Source: Octopus sinensis
Taxonomy: Eukaryota
Direction of reading: 5' to 3'
Assembly (NCBI RefSeq): GCF_006345805.1
Contig: NC_042999.1
Location: forward strand, 173,848,001 to 173,912,000
Length of the DNA stretch: 64,000 nucleotides
Shown here one piece after another: positions 1 through 12,938 of this stretch; within the stretch, counting starts at the first letter, position 1, and every line of letters starts with the position of its first letter. The notes below the pieces were generated by a model that did no database searches, had not been told where the DNA came from, and saw only the letters and a list, made by a program, of their open reading frames with translations. A program made the translations under genes and the position numbers.

Positions 1-126
1 GTGGTAGGTCTTCCATCTAATTCTTCTAATGAAATCGTTGAATCTATGGATCAATAGCCAAGTGTATTCATCCTTACTATGTAAGGGGATATCCTTAGGG
101 GAAAACTCTATATTTACTTTTTCCAT
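1..126 (-). mobile_element. N-terminus of a Penelope-like retroelement ORF running off the left edge
   Basis: Minus-strand ATG at 126 opens 42 codons to position 1: MEKVNIEFSPKDIPLHSKDEYTWLLIHRFNDFIRRIRWKTYH. This resembles the KNIPxPSxxEY...FIRRMRWK N-terminal motif of PLE ORFs. Too short for the ORF track. Confidence 0.55.
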
Positions 127-409
127 TCTTGTTGAGAAGTTAAGTACCAAAAACATACACAATGTATGGGATTATAAGTTCAGCAAAACAATTTAGATTC
201 AAATGAATATGGTACTTAATTTAGATGCACCAGAATTTTTTATGGTATTACCCATAAAATCATGTGGGGTGATTATAACCCAAAAATAAGCAACAAGAAT
301 GAATGCGGTAATTTAGTACAATTGTTTCATACTATAACAATTTATTAAAGCTGCAAATATTACAGCAAATATAATATGTCAAGTAATCTTCAGCTAATAT
401 CATATACAC

Positions 410-412
<3 letters not shown>

Positions 413-486
<74 letters not shown>
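413..486. repeat. (TA)n microsatellite
   Basis: Directly visible. Many similar TA tracts elsewhere are not listed individually. Confidence 0.95.
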
Positions 487-1849
487 CTATCTTTTTACAT
501 ATCTTTAACCCAGAAACGCGTATATATTTAATTAAACCCGGTAGATTCGTTATTTTTTCTCCTTTCCTGCGTGAGTTGAGAGTATTGCTGTCTGGGAGAT
601 ATCTTATGGTAGTGGAATAGTATTTAACTGCTATTTCTAAATTTCGGTATGTGGTGAAGCAATTTTTGCTGAATCCTAATTATAATTATGCTTATAATTA
701 TAGACTTCTTGTATAAGGTTACCGATAATGTGTGTGTGTGTCTGTGAAACAAATTACATTAATTTTATTCATTTCTGCATATCCAAGCATGAATCTTTGA
801 AATTTCATTAACATGGTTGACAAGGGGTTCAATGCAGACACAAATAACATTACAGATACAGTCAACGCTTGTTGATGGTCTAAAGTGTTACTTTAGTAGT
901 TGTCAATGATAACTGAGTGAACCATATTGTGGTCAGTCTTCCAACGACATTAACTATAGAATGTAGCGTATGTGTGTCTGAATTTATGCATGTATTTATT
1001 ATATGCTTGTATAAGTTCAGTTTTCAAACAGGGGAAATGGAATTCAATACTTAATAAGAATATATACATTCATTCATGCTAACAAAAAAAAACATGGATA
1101 TCACTTCTAGACCTCATTACCTAAGTTCATTTCAGCAGGTGACACTCTCGCTAGACACGCTCTATCCCACTCAATACACCGTTTCTCGATTTCTTATATA
1201 TTGCGGTTTCTATAAAATCTCGTGATTTCACTAAAAACCTATCTCATTTTTACAAAAGATAATCTTACTTTTGTCTTAATATAAATGTTTCACCAAGTTT
1301 TGATGTGAAACTTATCTTCGTATTCTTTTAAAGTTGGCATTTTTTATTATCCCCCTTCCCGCTCTGACACAATATATCTTTTCCTTTATAACAGGTCATC
1401 ACATTTCTCTTCCAAATCATTATGAATGTATGAATGTAAAAATGAAACGCTGTTTATTATTCGTTGCCGTCTTGATGCAGGAGTTTTCTTCCTTTCTTAA
1501 CCTGCTTTCTCTGCAGCCCTTTTTTTCTTTTTCTTTTTTTTCTGCTTCTTTGGTTATTTGTGATCCGCCATTTTGGTTCAGACTCCATCTTCTTTACCTT
1601 AGAAATATGGTGTTGCAATTTGAGAGTAGGATTTCTACTAGAGATATTTTGGAGGGATATGTTCGTCTAAGATTATTTCCATTTTCAACTTGGTTAAAAG
1701 TGAGGTTAGTTACATAAAGGTTTCTGCTTCGAATGTTTTCACCGTAGCTCAAGATATTAGCGTGTTCTTAAGTCACAGATCGCTTGGGTAACAACAACAG
1801 TTTCCACGGTTATATTACATTTGTTTCTTGATATTGCTGTTTAAGGGAA

Positions 1850-2360
1850 AAAGAAGGGGCATTACACATTCTTCTTTCCAACACTTGAAACAACTGAACT
1901 TTCTGTACTCTGCTAATCTTAAAATACTTACTTTTAGGTTCTTCAAGAAAAGTTTATCAGGGATGGCCTTTGTATTTCTCGGGCATCAGCTTCTGTTAGC
2001 CTAATACCCAGGCTCACTTCGGGTCAGTCTTCAAATTCATCCATAATTAAAGCAGCAAGATTTTCGATTCTCCCTATACCGCTTTTATGAAGAAAACCAA
2101 AGCCGAAACGTTAATTTCTATTAGTCTTGACGTTGTCCTTGCCTTTGCCTTAATAAATAGTATTCTCCCATAAAGGGAAAGAGGTGTATGTTTTTGGAAA
2201 CCTGTAACAGTGGAGGTTTTTTAACATCACGTCCATAATGGAATAGTATAGTTATTAACCTGCATGAGAGACTACATCCCACATATTTGACGCCTGTTCT
2301 CATTTCTTTTATTCTTTCTTCGAAACCACCAACGTTAGCACAATATTCGTTTTCTCATGG
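1850..2360 (-). mobile_element. Highly decayed LINE ORF1 (gag-like) remnant
   Basis: Minus-strand pieces across frameshifts (TVTGFQKHTPLSLYGRIL ... IPDKLFLKNLKVSILRLAEYRKFSCFKCWKEEC) end in a degenerate CCHC knuckle. Layout resembles the ORF1-like segment at 57.9-58.8 kb. Confidence 0.3.
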
Positions 2361-2362
2361 GA

Positions 2363-2416
<54 letters not shown>

Positions 2417-3909
2417 ATACATAACTCAACCTCTTCATGAATCTTATTCGTTTTTTCCCTCGCTTTCAGCGCGTGTTTATGTGATACTTAAGGTAGTTTA
2501 AGCACCATTTGGCGTCTTTTTTTAGGGTCTGGCTTGGTCTGTTGAAATACTCGTTAGATTCCTTTAATATAGTTTTATAATTATACTTATAAAATTATGT
2601 ACTTTATAAATCAAGAACTATATTTTTCCTTTATCTAATGTCTTTTTGAAATTTCTATGTACCAACTGGTACACTTGACTTTCTAGAATGTTGTCTTCCA
2701 TTAAATGTTGTCTAACCGTATGCATGAAACCGCCACATTCGCCAACGCGTGTTTATTAACAGATTTTACATCCTACAATAGTCACCTGTTATTATTATAT
2801 TCTAGTGGAAAGAAAAACTACCGTCTTTGTTGTTACAAGACACGCTGCTGGCGCTCTTGTCCAATGTGTTATTTTCGATTTTGTTTGTATTTCTAAAGTC
2901 CGTGATAAATTTGTTTGTGTTATTTTCCAAATTTTCAAATTTGTCTGTAACGTTAAAGACATTAAAACATTCCTTTCCTCTGAAGAAACAAGATGGCCAC
3001 CATTGTATTCAAAATCATCACCCACATCTCCACAATATTCACAACGTCAAATCAGAGACAGACTAGCATAATAGAAACAGAATAGCGAGGACAATATGTC
3101 CCCTCCCTTAGAGTAAAACATTGTCAACAAATTTTTTAAACTCTCGTGTTGTATATGTTAACAAAACTAGAAAAAGTATACAACTCTAAATTACATAATA
3201 GAAAATGACAAATATTAAATCTAAAGGGAAGGAGGTGAAACATGCCTTGTTGCAGTGAAATTCAAAATTTATGAGGAGGCAGAAGGAGGAGGAATAGGAA
3301 GAGGAGAAGGAGGATAATAAAAGTCTACACTCCCCCCAATTTTCAAAAAAATATGAACACAATGCTACACATACCTCAGGAGCACGAAGGTCCACCAGGT
3401 GATGCAATAGAAACACGCATGAAACTACCAAGGAAGAAAAAATAATAATGTTCTTGATAATTAAATATTCTAAGCTTAACTGAAAGATAAAGAGGTCCCT
3501 TTGGCTTTTGTAGTATCTTGGATTCCATCTCACTATGCCGCGTTTTTGACAAGTGTTTTCTATCAACACATCGGATCAACCCAAACATGTGAGAGAAACT
3601 GGTTATTTAGCAGGTGTGTAGAAGTTTACCGAATGTTTGTATCAATAATACTAACTGGAGTGGGGGGCATGTCACACAGTGTATACCTGTCATTCAGTTT
3701 CAGTACTGCATTAAATGTACAAATGTCTTTGGAATACTCAAACACATACTTTAATGAAATGAGTATTATGAAGGAATATTATATTCTCATTAATTTAATA
3801 GTTAAATGTTATCCAAACACAAAATACGAATATATATGTATATATATATATATATTAATACTATAACTGATCTAATAAAACAGATAGTTGAAATGAAAAG
3901 GAAATTAAA

Positions 3910-5228
3910 TGAGTAACCAAGGTTAAATAGTAAAGCCTAGAAAATAATCATGCTTTTAGATGTATCGCCCAAAATTCGACACTAAAAATTATATGTAAGA
4001 TACAGGGTTTCAGAAATTACAAAACTGTTATAAAATATATACTTTAATAAATAAAGGGACAGTTATACAAATAGCTATACTACATCAACAAAAGTGGAAG
4101 CCAACGGTTATAAGGTAACAGCGACGAAGTCGGAGTATAGAAAAAGTATTGAAAGCAAATATATGGATAATGGAATTATAAATTATCATATTTAACATGG
4201 AAAATATTTTACATGGCCAATACTCGAGAAAATGAAGAAGAACTAAATGAAGAAAAGTCAGCAGCGGCTGAGCAGTATTAGACGGAACTGTTTTTTAATC
4301 ATGGCACTAAACGAAAGCCTTCTCACCAGAAACTGCAAAAGCCATGCAGTAGAAAGGAAAGCAAATAGTATAAGTTGGATATGTAAATGCTACGAAGAAG
4401 TAATCAGTTACATGGTCTCTTGCTGCTCGTCTTAGTCAACAGGAAGTATATATAAGGATCATATCTGTGGAAGATGAGTGCTTTTATACACTAGAAAATA
4501 TTTTTAATGTCTCAGAGTAAATAAACGGGTGGAGGCTCAATGGCCCAGTGGTTAAGACAGCGGTCTTGGTCGGAGGATCGCGGTTTCGATTCCCAGACCG
4601 GGGGTTGTGTGTGTTTATTGAGCGAAAACACCTAAAACCTCCACGAGTCTCCGGCGGGGGGGGGGGGGGGCGACGCCTGTTGTACTCTTTCGCCACAACT
4701 TTCTCTCACTCTCTCTTCCTGTTTCCTGAGTAACGCTGCGATGGACTGGCGTCCCGTTCAGCTGGGGGGAATACATACGCCACAGAAACCGGGAAACGAC
4801 GAAGAAATAAACGGCATCAAAATCACCATAGTTTTGTCATTCTGGGACATATGATGCAAATAGCGAGACAAAGGAAATCATTCTCTTGACCATTAGCAAA
4901 GGAAATGTCTACGAAAGGAAGTTTCAACTCCAACGAATGACATTACATCTATAAAGCAAATTATAGAAACTATTTAAAAAAAATTAAGAGTACAGCAATA
5001 GATGGAAACAAGATGTGAGGAGTTGAAAGTAAACTTAATCCCATAAAAATAAGTAACCTGCGAATATATAACCAAGCACAAGAACTTTCACACCTACTTT
5101 AATTGTATTACTAGGTCCAACGCATACACTATTATCTGTTCGCAAAACAATAGCACTTAAAAAATGTTGAAAGTATTGCAGATGCAGAACTGCACTCTGT
5201 TCAATAGTGAATACAGGTAATCAAAAAC
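3910..5228 (+). mobile_element. Old, 5'-truncated R4/Dong-type non-LTR retrotransposon (RLE end), interrupted by a SINE
   Basis: ORF 4247..4435 (FLIMALNESLLTRNCKSH...WICKCYEEVISYMVSCC) aligns by eye to FILAAQDQSLLTRNYQ...CRFC...ETVDHLISGC of the copies at 53-62 kb. Decayed RLE sequence continues after the SINE. The 3' UTR (cagaactgcactctgt...agtgaatacagg) resembles that of the 53.0 kb copy (cagagctgcgctcggt...agtgaaagcacg). Followed by (TAA)n at 5229-5250. Confidence 0.7.
4531..4797 (+). mobile_element. tRNA-derived SINE (head family A) with V-domain-like 3' part
   Basis: A box TGGCCCAGTGG at 4541-4551 and B box GGTTTCGATTCC at 4582-4593. Head nearly identical to 26976-27140. The segment gctgcgatggactggcgtcccgttcag resembles the V-SINE central domain. 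Confidence 0.85.
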
Positions 5229-5689
5229 TAATAATAATAATAATAATAATACTATTACTACTACTATTGTTGCTGTTGGTACTTCTGCTAATATTACTAC
5301 TACTACTGTGGTAAGTCAAGAAATTGCACAAGTAATAACGTAAGAACCATGATGGGAAGATGAACAACAATGACAACAACCGACAAAAAGAACACTGTCG
5401 ACTTCAATAACAACCAACATTAAAGACAAATTTCCAGAGAAGGGCAACTACAAAAATAATACAAAAAAACCTGAAGCAACAAAACAATAGCTGCTCTAGC
5501 AATTCGATCCACAGCTCATTATCTGTTTAACACGTGACTACACATATGTCTGATAAATGGCCGCCTTTAACAGACTAAAGTAAAATAGACGATCGTTGTT
5601 GAGTGGCCCATATTAATGGCTTACCCAAGCAGAAGTTCTGCATCATTTTCTTTTTATTTTCTTTCCATCTTTTTTATTGTTGTCGATGG

Positions 5690-5796
5690 TGATTTTGTAG
5701 TAGTAGTTGTTGTTGTTGCTGCAGCTGCTGCTGTTTTTGTTGTTGTTCTCCTTCTTCTTCTTTTCGTTCTTTTAAATCTCTTCATTCTTTTCTTTC

Positions 5797-5838
<42 letters not shown>

Positions 5839-5950
5839 ACATCATCATCATCATACTCATCACATACATATATTTATTTTTCTTGGTGATTGTGATGTTG
5901 CTACTCTTTATATTGCCCCAATAATTTACTATTACAACTACTTGTAGTAA

Positions 5951-6015
<65 letters not shown>

Positions 6016-6022
6016 CAGTAGT
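5690..6022. repeat. Compound trinucleotide microsatellite (GTT/GCT/CTT/CAT/AGT)
   Basis: Directly visible. Produces the poly-I, poly-M and poly-T ORFs 5616..5924 and 5654..5869. Confidence 0.9.
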
Positions 6023-9000
6023 CTAAAACCTGTTAACAAATAAGAGTAGGCCCCAACCTCAAGGTTGTATTTGTATTCTCTCTACAAAAGAGTATTTTAT
6101 TTTATATTTTCATAATTTGTTTCCTCATATTTTCTCTTTTTTTTAATCTCTAGTTCGGCATTTATCCACCTCCTCATAATCTTCCTCTCTGTTACCATCC
6201 TTATCATCCTTCTGATTATCATAATCATAATCATTATAATGTCATTTTTTCCTCGATTTGGAATCATAATTAACATATCTTTCTTTTTGTCCTTGTTTCT
6301 ATCATCACTATCATCTTATCATCACCATCATCACCACCATCACCATTAATATCATCATCATGATCACTAACACTACTACGTTAATCTTCAGCTCATTCAT
6401 CTGTATATTTTTTCCCCTGTTCTTCCATCATTATTGGTCTTGTCTGTTTACTTTCATATCTCTGCTTCTTTTCCCACTTCATCTTATATTTATCACTTAG
6501 AATCTATAAAATTCATTCTTATCTAAATAGTTCACCTGTGTCTATAAGTATATTGTTTGGATGGAAGGTCAAACTGCCGCAGAGGGATGAGCGCCGAATT
6601 TCATATTTACCGATAATCTAGTTTCGAAATCTACAGCTAAAATGCATTCTCCTTTTAATTTAACTAATCTTTAAATTCCACAAGGATAAGCAATGCAGTT
6701 ACCGTTTTCTCTAAACTATTTAGGCAATTAATTAATTTACAAATTGTGTATATAATGATAATAAACAGATCTCGAACTTTTAATAGAATATTTTATCAAA
6801 TTTGTTGACTTGGTGTTTTTCTGTGGCGGGATTTTTGTTATTGTGTAGTCTCAAGTCTTTTTTTCCGCAAGAGAAAGTGCACCATTTTCCGATGTGTTTT
6901 TCTAAGTCGATAAGGTATAATTTGAGATATTCATGTTAATTTTAACAGGCCAGACATCGACTCTCTCACTTGTAAACCACATGGACCGTAATGTATAGGG
7001 ACTAAAGTAAGATAAAAAATATTTCAACAGGTAAAGGAATCTGCATCACAGTTACGGCTTCCGTAAACATACCAGGAAGATAGAGCCCTAACACTATTCG
7101 TATAATGAATTTGACTCTTAAACGTCAGCGCATATATAGGGTCGTCATATATTTTCGTTTCTGCTGATGTTATAACAATTGTTGTTTAGCTCAATATCAA
7201 CCCTGACTGAGCAAGGCTATACCAATAGCTAGTTGGTCAACCGAAAAATGCCATCCATCCCCAATGCAACAAATTGATGTTCACATTATGCACTTCACAT
7301 GCAACGATTTATTGAGCGGTGCATAACGTTCCAATTTTTCTTTTTCGAATTTACACGGATATGTATGTCTTTAGCTATTGGCCAACGCGACAGTGAAGGA
7401 GTGCTAGGTGAAAAAATTTCGAACACAGCAACATTTTGCTTCTATCTATAAAGTTATTGTTCATTTAATCATAGTATTATTACTGTTTCTGTTTAACTAA
7501 GTAGGTGTTTTAGTTTGTAAAATAGAGTTGTTTAGGGATTGTAGACGCTTCTGAGTTTTGTGAGGGAGGTGATTGTTGCTGAATTTTGTAGCCCAGATTG
7601 TATATTTTCAAGATCATTCAGGTCATCATCTCCTTGCTTCTTAAAATGCACCCAGGTTCCTGTTTCGAATCAGTTATATGTGACTTAAATGAGATTTGGC
7701 TGCTATGTCTAGCATGTAGAGTGACTAATAAGAGATTTCTCCATCAAGTTCTGTAATTGATTTTGTTGTTCTGTATCTTTTGGTGGTTTGGGGTTTAGTA
7801 CTGCACGCTAACAAGAGATCCATCAGTTCTGCAGATTCTCTGCAGACATCATTAAGATGCACTACTGCCTGTAGTATTTATTTTAGCTTGAAGTATTTAT
7901 ACCACAAATGCTTGATCTTCTTAATACCATCTCTGCTTGTATCGAATACCAAGGGAATGAGAACAAATAATGAAATTAGTAACAGCATAGTATTCGGTTC
8001 TATAAGCTTTGGTCATACAAGCAGAAATAATTCAGCATTCTTACTACAGTAAACCCCTCTCTCTTCAAGCTATACACATAGAATGAATTGCAATCCTCAC
8101 AACATGCTACCAAGAATACACACATATATTACGCAGCTGTGAAATATATTGTTGTGGTATACCTCTTTACAGTTAAGTGGTCCATTAGAATTAAATATAT
8201 TAGAACAAAAAGTGAACCTATAACGCGGTAGCAACCAATGACTCTTGAATCGATCGACTCCAAACCTCACAGAGAAGATAACGAGAGAGAGAAAATATGT
8301 AACTTGTTGCATCTAGACTGGAAGGAAAAGAAAAACTAATTAATGTGTATTATGAATAAGGAGAAACACTAGAATTGGAAATGTGTGATTATCTGCATCA
8401 AAGTGAAGCAGATTAAATATAAAAACAAAAGTGGTATATGTTGGTCAGTCAAAGGATGAAGTAGAGACTAATGCGAAGCCCTATGTCGAACCTCTTACGT
8501 AAGCTGTTACGAAACCACCAGAGAGTTAAGGTCATAGTTTGATAACTAAAGCTGCAAGTTTGTGAAGATATTCAGAGCAAATAAATTTGCAATTTATTAA
8601 CATTTTCTCCAAAGAGGAAGTATTAATCCATTCTTGTTTTCTCGTCTATGTATGAGTAAATGTGTGCATATTAAAGAGAGAAAAAAGTTTGCTTATGAAA
8701 ATGGATATAGAAGTGGTATCTATGAGTGCGATCCTCAGAATTTTATACTGTAAGTTCTCATATGTGCAATACTGCGAACTAAAGATAGTGTTATTCTGTT
8801 CATAATGCAGTACCACTTATCTTTTGTTTAGTCCTTCTATTTCTGCTTTTACAATGCTCGTTTATATCTGTTAGCAATTAGTGTTCCAGTAAGTTAAATT
8901 AAACTGTTCTCTATTTAGATGTAGCTTGCTAATAATGAATCGTCACGGACACTGGAGAAGCGTTAACTCAGGTGACATTTTCATCTTGTGCTACCGTTTC

Positions 9001-10514
9001 ATGATTAAAAGAATTACATAACTTGGTCCACCTAAAGGTAATAGTGTTGCAATGTAAGAGTTATATGGTAATGTAATTATTTAGGATATTTAACAGCTTG
9101 TAGTATCTTCCAATTATGCTAGTGCGTATTGAAAATGGCACCGAATTAGTAAAAGTGTTATAACGTTGTAAGAAATATCATATCGTATATATTCTGGCTC
9201 TTAGAGTTGTGAGTTTGAATCCCGCCAAGATCAACTTTATTTTACATCCTTCAGAGTCGATGAAGCCTCATCGAAATTACTAGGGAGTCGGACAAGATTC
9301 TTTGCTTTAATTTTTCCGGCTCTTTATATTTTGAGTTCAAATCTCGCCGCGGTTTACTATCGACAGTTACAGGGATTATTTCCTTCACGATTTACACACA
9401 ATTAACCATGAATAGAATTAGAGAAGTAGCTCTCACCTGGGGTATCCTCTGTAGCTTATATATTCTCTATACAAACAAAACTAGAGTATCGCGCACAATG
9501 AACACAGCAACAAAAGGTAACGGGGTCAAAGAAATGCTTAAAACATTTTTTTCAATTGAACGAGCCATAATATTTAATCTACTGAGAGCAGAGGACATGA
9601 TAATGTATATTTAATTTGGTATTGTACCTCCCATAATCTTGCAAGCATTAATGATGATGTGTCTTTCTGATTTGCGTATATTTCAGGCCTACCTCATACT
9701 CTTGCAATAGTTTAAATATTGCCCTGATGTTATAATTTACTACATAATTGGTCATAGGGTTATTAATGAATATACGTGTACAAGGGTTGATTGCATTAAC
9801 GAAATTTAGATATAATAGTTTAGATATCTTTATTTTAGAGAATAATTATTTGTAGTAGCTTTGGCTCTCGTTCATAATTTTACAGTTTCGATTACTGGAC
9901 CGGGTATCATGCTGTGTTCTTTTGTACGTTATTTGAGGTTATTCCAGTCCACTTAACTGAAAGTATTAGCTTAGTGATAGTGCAGCCCATTTCTGTCTTT
10001 ACTCGGTTGTTCTGCTTCGTCAATGGTGATATACCTGAGTGGAGTGTATGTTTTCTCTCAGCTACATGGGGACGTAAAACAATTAGCGAAAGCTTAGTAA
10101 ATGCTATCAAGTTATAATCACTTGCGACTGACTACTACAATTATATACTTTATTTTCAGTTTATATAGTTGTGAAAAATGTATCACTAATGTCAGAACCA
10201 ATTTCGATGCTACTACAAGATTTCTAATCAAAATGCTGTAAGATTCAGCTTTAAAATATTTAAATATTACACAATTGCATCTGGTAGAAAGAATATAATA
10301 CTAGAAATAGCGATACCCAATTTTCTGATGAAGTTTGCGTTTGTGATTACTGTTTGGGAAAAGTGTCCGCTGTGTTGTTGAATACTTACCGTGGGGCACA
10401 GAAAAATTGAATTGCAATTGTAATGGCTAGGCTACTGTATACACTTCATACATTTCTGGCGGGTTTTGGACTGTGTTACCTTTGCTTAATCCCAAATCAC
10501 TTAGGACTTGGCAG

Positions 10515-10578
10515 ATTCCATCAGTAACCATTCCATCAGTAACCATTCCATCAGTAACCATTCCATCAGTAACCATTC
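10515..10578. repeat. Perfect 15-bp tandem repeat ATTCCATCAGTAACC x4 (+4 nt)
   Basis: Identical units start at 10515, 10530, 10545 and 10560. Confidence 0.95.
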
Positions 10579-11049
10579 ATTTTCTTTTATTTTTACTGAC
10601 TGTGGACAACTTTATCCAGTATTTCTTTTGAATGTATCTTGAGAGAGATTTGGATTTTCATAACTTCTTTGTTGGGTCACTCACTTTATAAGCACTTACC
10701 GTTTCTGACTGAGAATAGTTTCGCCAGCTGGAAATGCTTCATTCATGCTGTTTTACGAGACCAGCTCGCAATTTATCGTAAGCTATTGAACATGCCAGGG
10801 ACCCAGTAAACTAATACAATGTTTCTCGTTTTATTTTACATGCATAGATTTTATTTAAGCCTCTTTTGATAATCATTATACACACATGTTCCAAACTTAC
10901 TAATATGTATTTGTCTGCGAGTTTCTTCTATGTATGTACATACGTGTGTAAGCATGTATATACGTATGTGTTTATGTAACTATATATTATGCATGCATGC
11001 ACGTATGTATGACATCCTGATCATTGAAGCGATGATGCACAAGCATCGA

Positions 11050-11372
11050 TTAGGCTGAACTAAAAGCAATACTTGTCATCGCCACAAATGGAGGAAGCGA
11101 GTAGAGGAAGAAGTGGGTATTTTGAAGAATATTTTTGAAGAAACACGTATTTCGTATATTGAACTTTATGTGGGCTGCACTAAAATGTACTGCCAGTTCA
11201 ACGAATGGGGGCAGTTTCATCTGCAATACGTGTAGACATATACGTTTATGAAAAGGTAGGCTCATTTGTCATCAGCAGAGCCACAAGAGTGAAAGATAAT
11301 TTTTTGAGTACACAGCATTCTTAATAGTCAGCGATGGTTTTCCTCGGTCACGAGAAGACAGCCATCGTCCAT
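11050..11372 (+). mobile_element. Decayed 3' end of an RTE-type LINE
   Basis: Plus-strand SFICNTCRHIRL*KGRLICHQQSH resembles the FxCxxCxRxxxSxxGLxSHxRxH C-terminus of RTE ORFs. Confidence 0.35.
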
Positions 11373-11378
11373 TGTCGT

Positions 11379-11417
<39 letters not shown>

Positions 11418-11423
<6 letters not shown>

Positions 11424-12779
11424 AACGCCACCATCCTCACAGGCACTCATCACTGTCTCCATCACATCACCGACTCCTTTGCCTGCACCTCTAATAATGT
11501 TATTTACTGCGTATCTTGCTCTCTCTCTCTCCTTCCCTGTACATTGGTTAAACGGGGCGCCCCTTGGCTGACCGGTTCACGGAGCACCTCCGAGGCATCA
11601 GACTTGGCAATGACACTCTGGTCTCGCACTGCATTTCGCTCTACCGATCATTCGATACAACATTTGTTTGTGTTCAGACTGTCTCTGCACAAGGGCCACT
11701 TGGACTCCCGCCTTTCACCATGAACAGAAACTAATCTCCTCTCTTCGTTTCTTTGCGTCACATGGTCTCGACTCACCTCCTCTCTTCATCTGACTCCAAC
11801 CCCACACCGATTTCCACACACTTCCACATTTAACTGTTCCCTCCACCTACACATGTGATTACCTATCTGGTACCCTGACCAGAAACGCACTATACAAATG
11901 ACCATATACACTGTTCAACTCATCACTCACTTTACACACCATTACATACACTCCCACAACACCTTCCCACTCCACATACTCTAGCACACACCATTATCCA
12001 CACACAGAGACGCAATCTTCAATATTATCACCACACATACTACTATACGAGCAGACCCACACTGTTTAACTCTGTGCAGACACTACACACCCTCAGTGCA
12101 GACACTCCACACCCACACAAGCACAAAATAACTGAACAAACTATATATACCCCCCCACATCCACACAAGTACGTAATACCTGAAGACAGACAATATACAC
12201 ACACACACACATGCAACACGCATAAACACACGCAACATGCATAGGCAAATATTACTTTCGCCCACCAACATATGCTATACACATGCACATGATTTGGTCA
12301 AAGACACACACACACATACACATGTGCACATACCACTTGAAACAGCACACATCAACTGCTACACACAAGAGACACACGCACACACACGTCAAACTCACAC
12401 ACCCCCATTCACACATACACACACGTCAAACTCACTCGCCCCATTCACACATATACGCACACGCTCGCGCACTTTAGTTCGTTGGGATCACCATTATTAT
12501 CTCCCTTTCATTTAACTATTTCTATATTATTATTTCCCTTTCATTGAACCTCTTCTTTTCTAGTCATTCCACCATGTTATACCGCCGAACTCTACACAGT
12601 TTTCTCTCTTTGTTTTTTTCTTTCGTTTTCTCTCCATTTTTCCTTCTACGCTTTCTGTCGAAGAGCGTAGGCTCGAAACGTAAACAACTTTTCGATTTTT
12701 CCTGAGCGTTAAACTAATACACCTGCTTGCTGTTCCTTGAATTGTCTTCGTATTTTGGTTTGTTGTTGCAAATTTGAAT

Positions 12780-12780
<1 letters not shown>
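11418..12780 (+). mobile_element. 3' part of a Penelope-like element: GIY-YIG endonuclease, CA-rich 3' UTR and terminal (pLTR-like) repeat
   Basis: HITDSFACTSNNVIYCVSC..(frameshift)..LYIG*TGRPLADRFTEHLRGIRLG...RSTDHSIQHLFV is the PLE GIY-YIG signature. The terminal segment 12640-12770 recurs at 43489-43602 and is related to 36385-36592. Confidence 0.8.
12651..12686 (+). ncRNA. Degenerate minimal hammerhead-like motif in the PLE terminal repeat
   Basis: CTTT-CTGTCGA-A-GAGC(GTAG)GCTC-GAAAC-GTA-AACA. The core has A6>U and an extra A after A9, stem II is 4 bp, stem III is the palindrome ACGT, and stem I is weak. Confidence 0.45.
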
Positions 12781-12871
<91 letters not shown>

Positions 12872-12882
12872 CATATATATAT

Positions 12883-12938
<56 letters not shown>

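Noticed and set aside
2080-2115. ttatgaaga...gccgaaacgtt as another hammerhead
   Set aside because: The core is corrupted and neither stem I nor stem II pairs. Similar partial hits at about 10325 (ctgatga), 27251, 37548-37578 and 42264 were dropped for the same reason.
2705-3071. Four overlapping ORFs of 63-88 aa
   Set aside because: Low-complexity N/K/F-rich sequence with no recognisable domain, and open frames on both strands.
4531-4610. tRNA-like sequences (also 21268, 26976, 35715)
   Set aside because: A and B boxes are present, but they continue into shared SINE bodies and lack a complete cloverleaf, so they are SINE heads rather than tRNA genes.
7480-8000. Possible Ty3/gypsy integrase C-terminal remnant on the minus strand (LLACSTKP.., FETGTWVHFKK)
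   Set aside because: Only two weak motif resemblances amid many stops; not supportable without a translated search.
8875-8975. Splice-like signals (cca|gtaagt at 8889; tttag| at 8919; cag|gtgaca)
   Set aside because: The implied 30-nt intron is too short and the signals are mutually inconsistent; expected by chance.
10515-10578. Short direct repeats as possible CRISPR arrays (also 44981-45101)
   Set aside because: There are no unique spacers and no cas genes, and the context is eukaryotic.
10380-10800. Cys-rich minus-strand stretch (KTRQKCMKC) as a piggyBac C-terminus
   Set aside because: A single weak motif with no DDD domain evidence.
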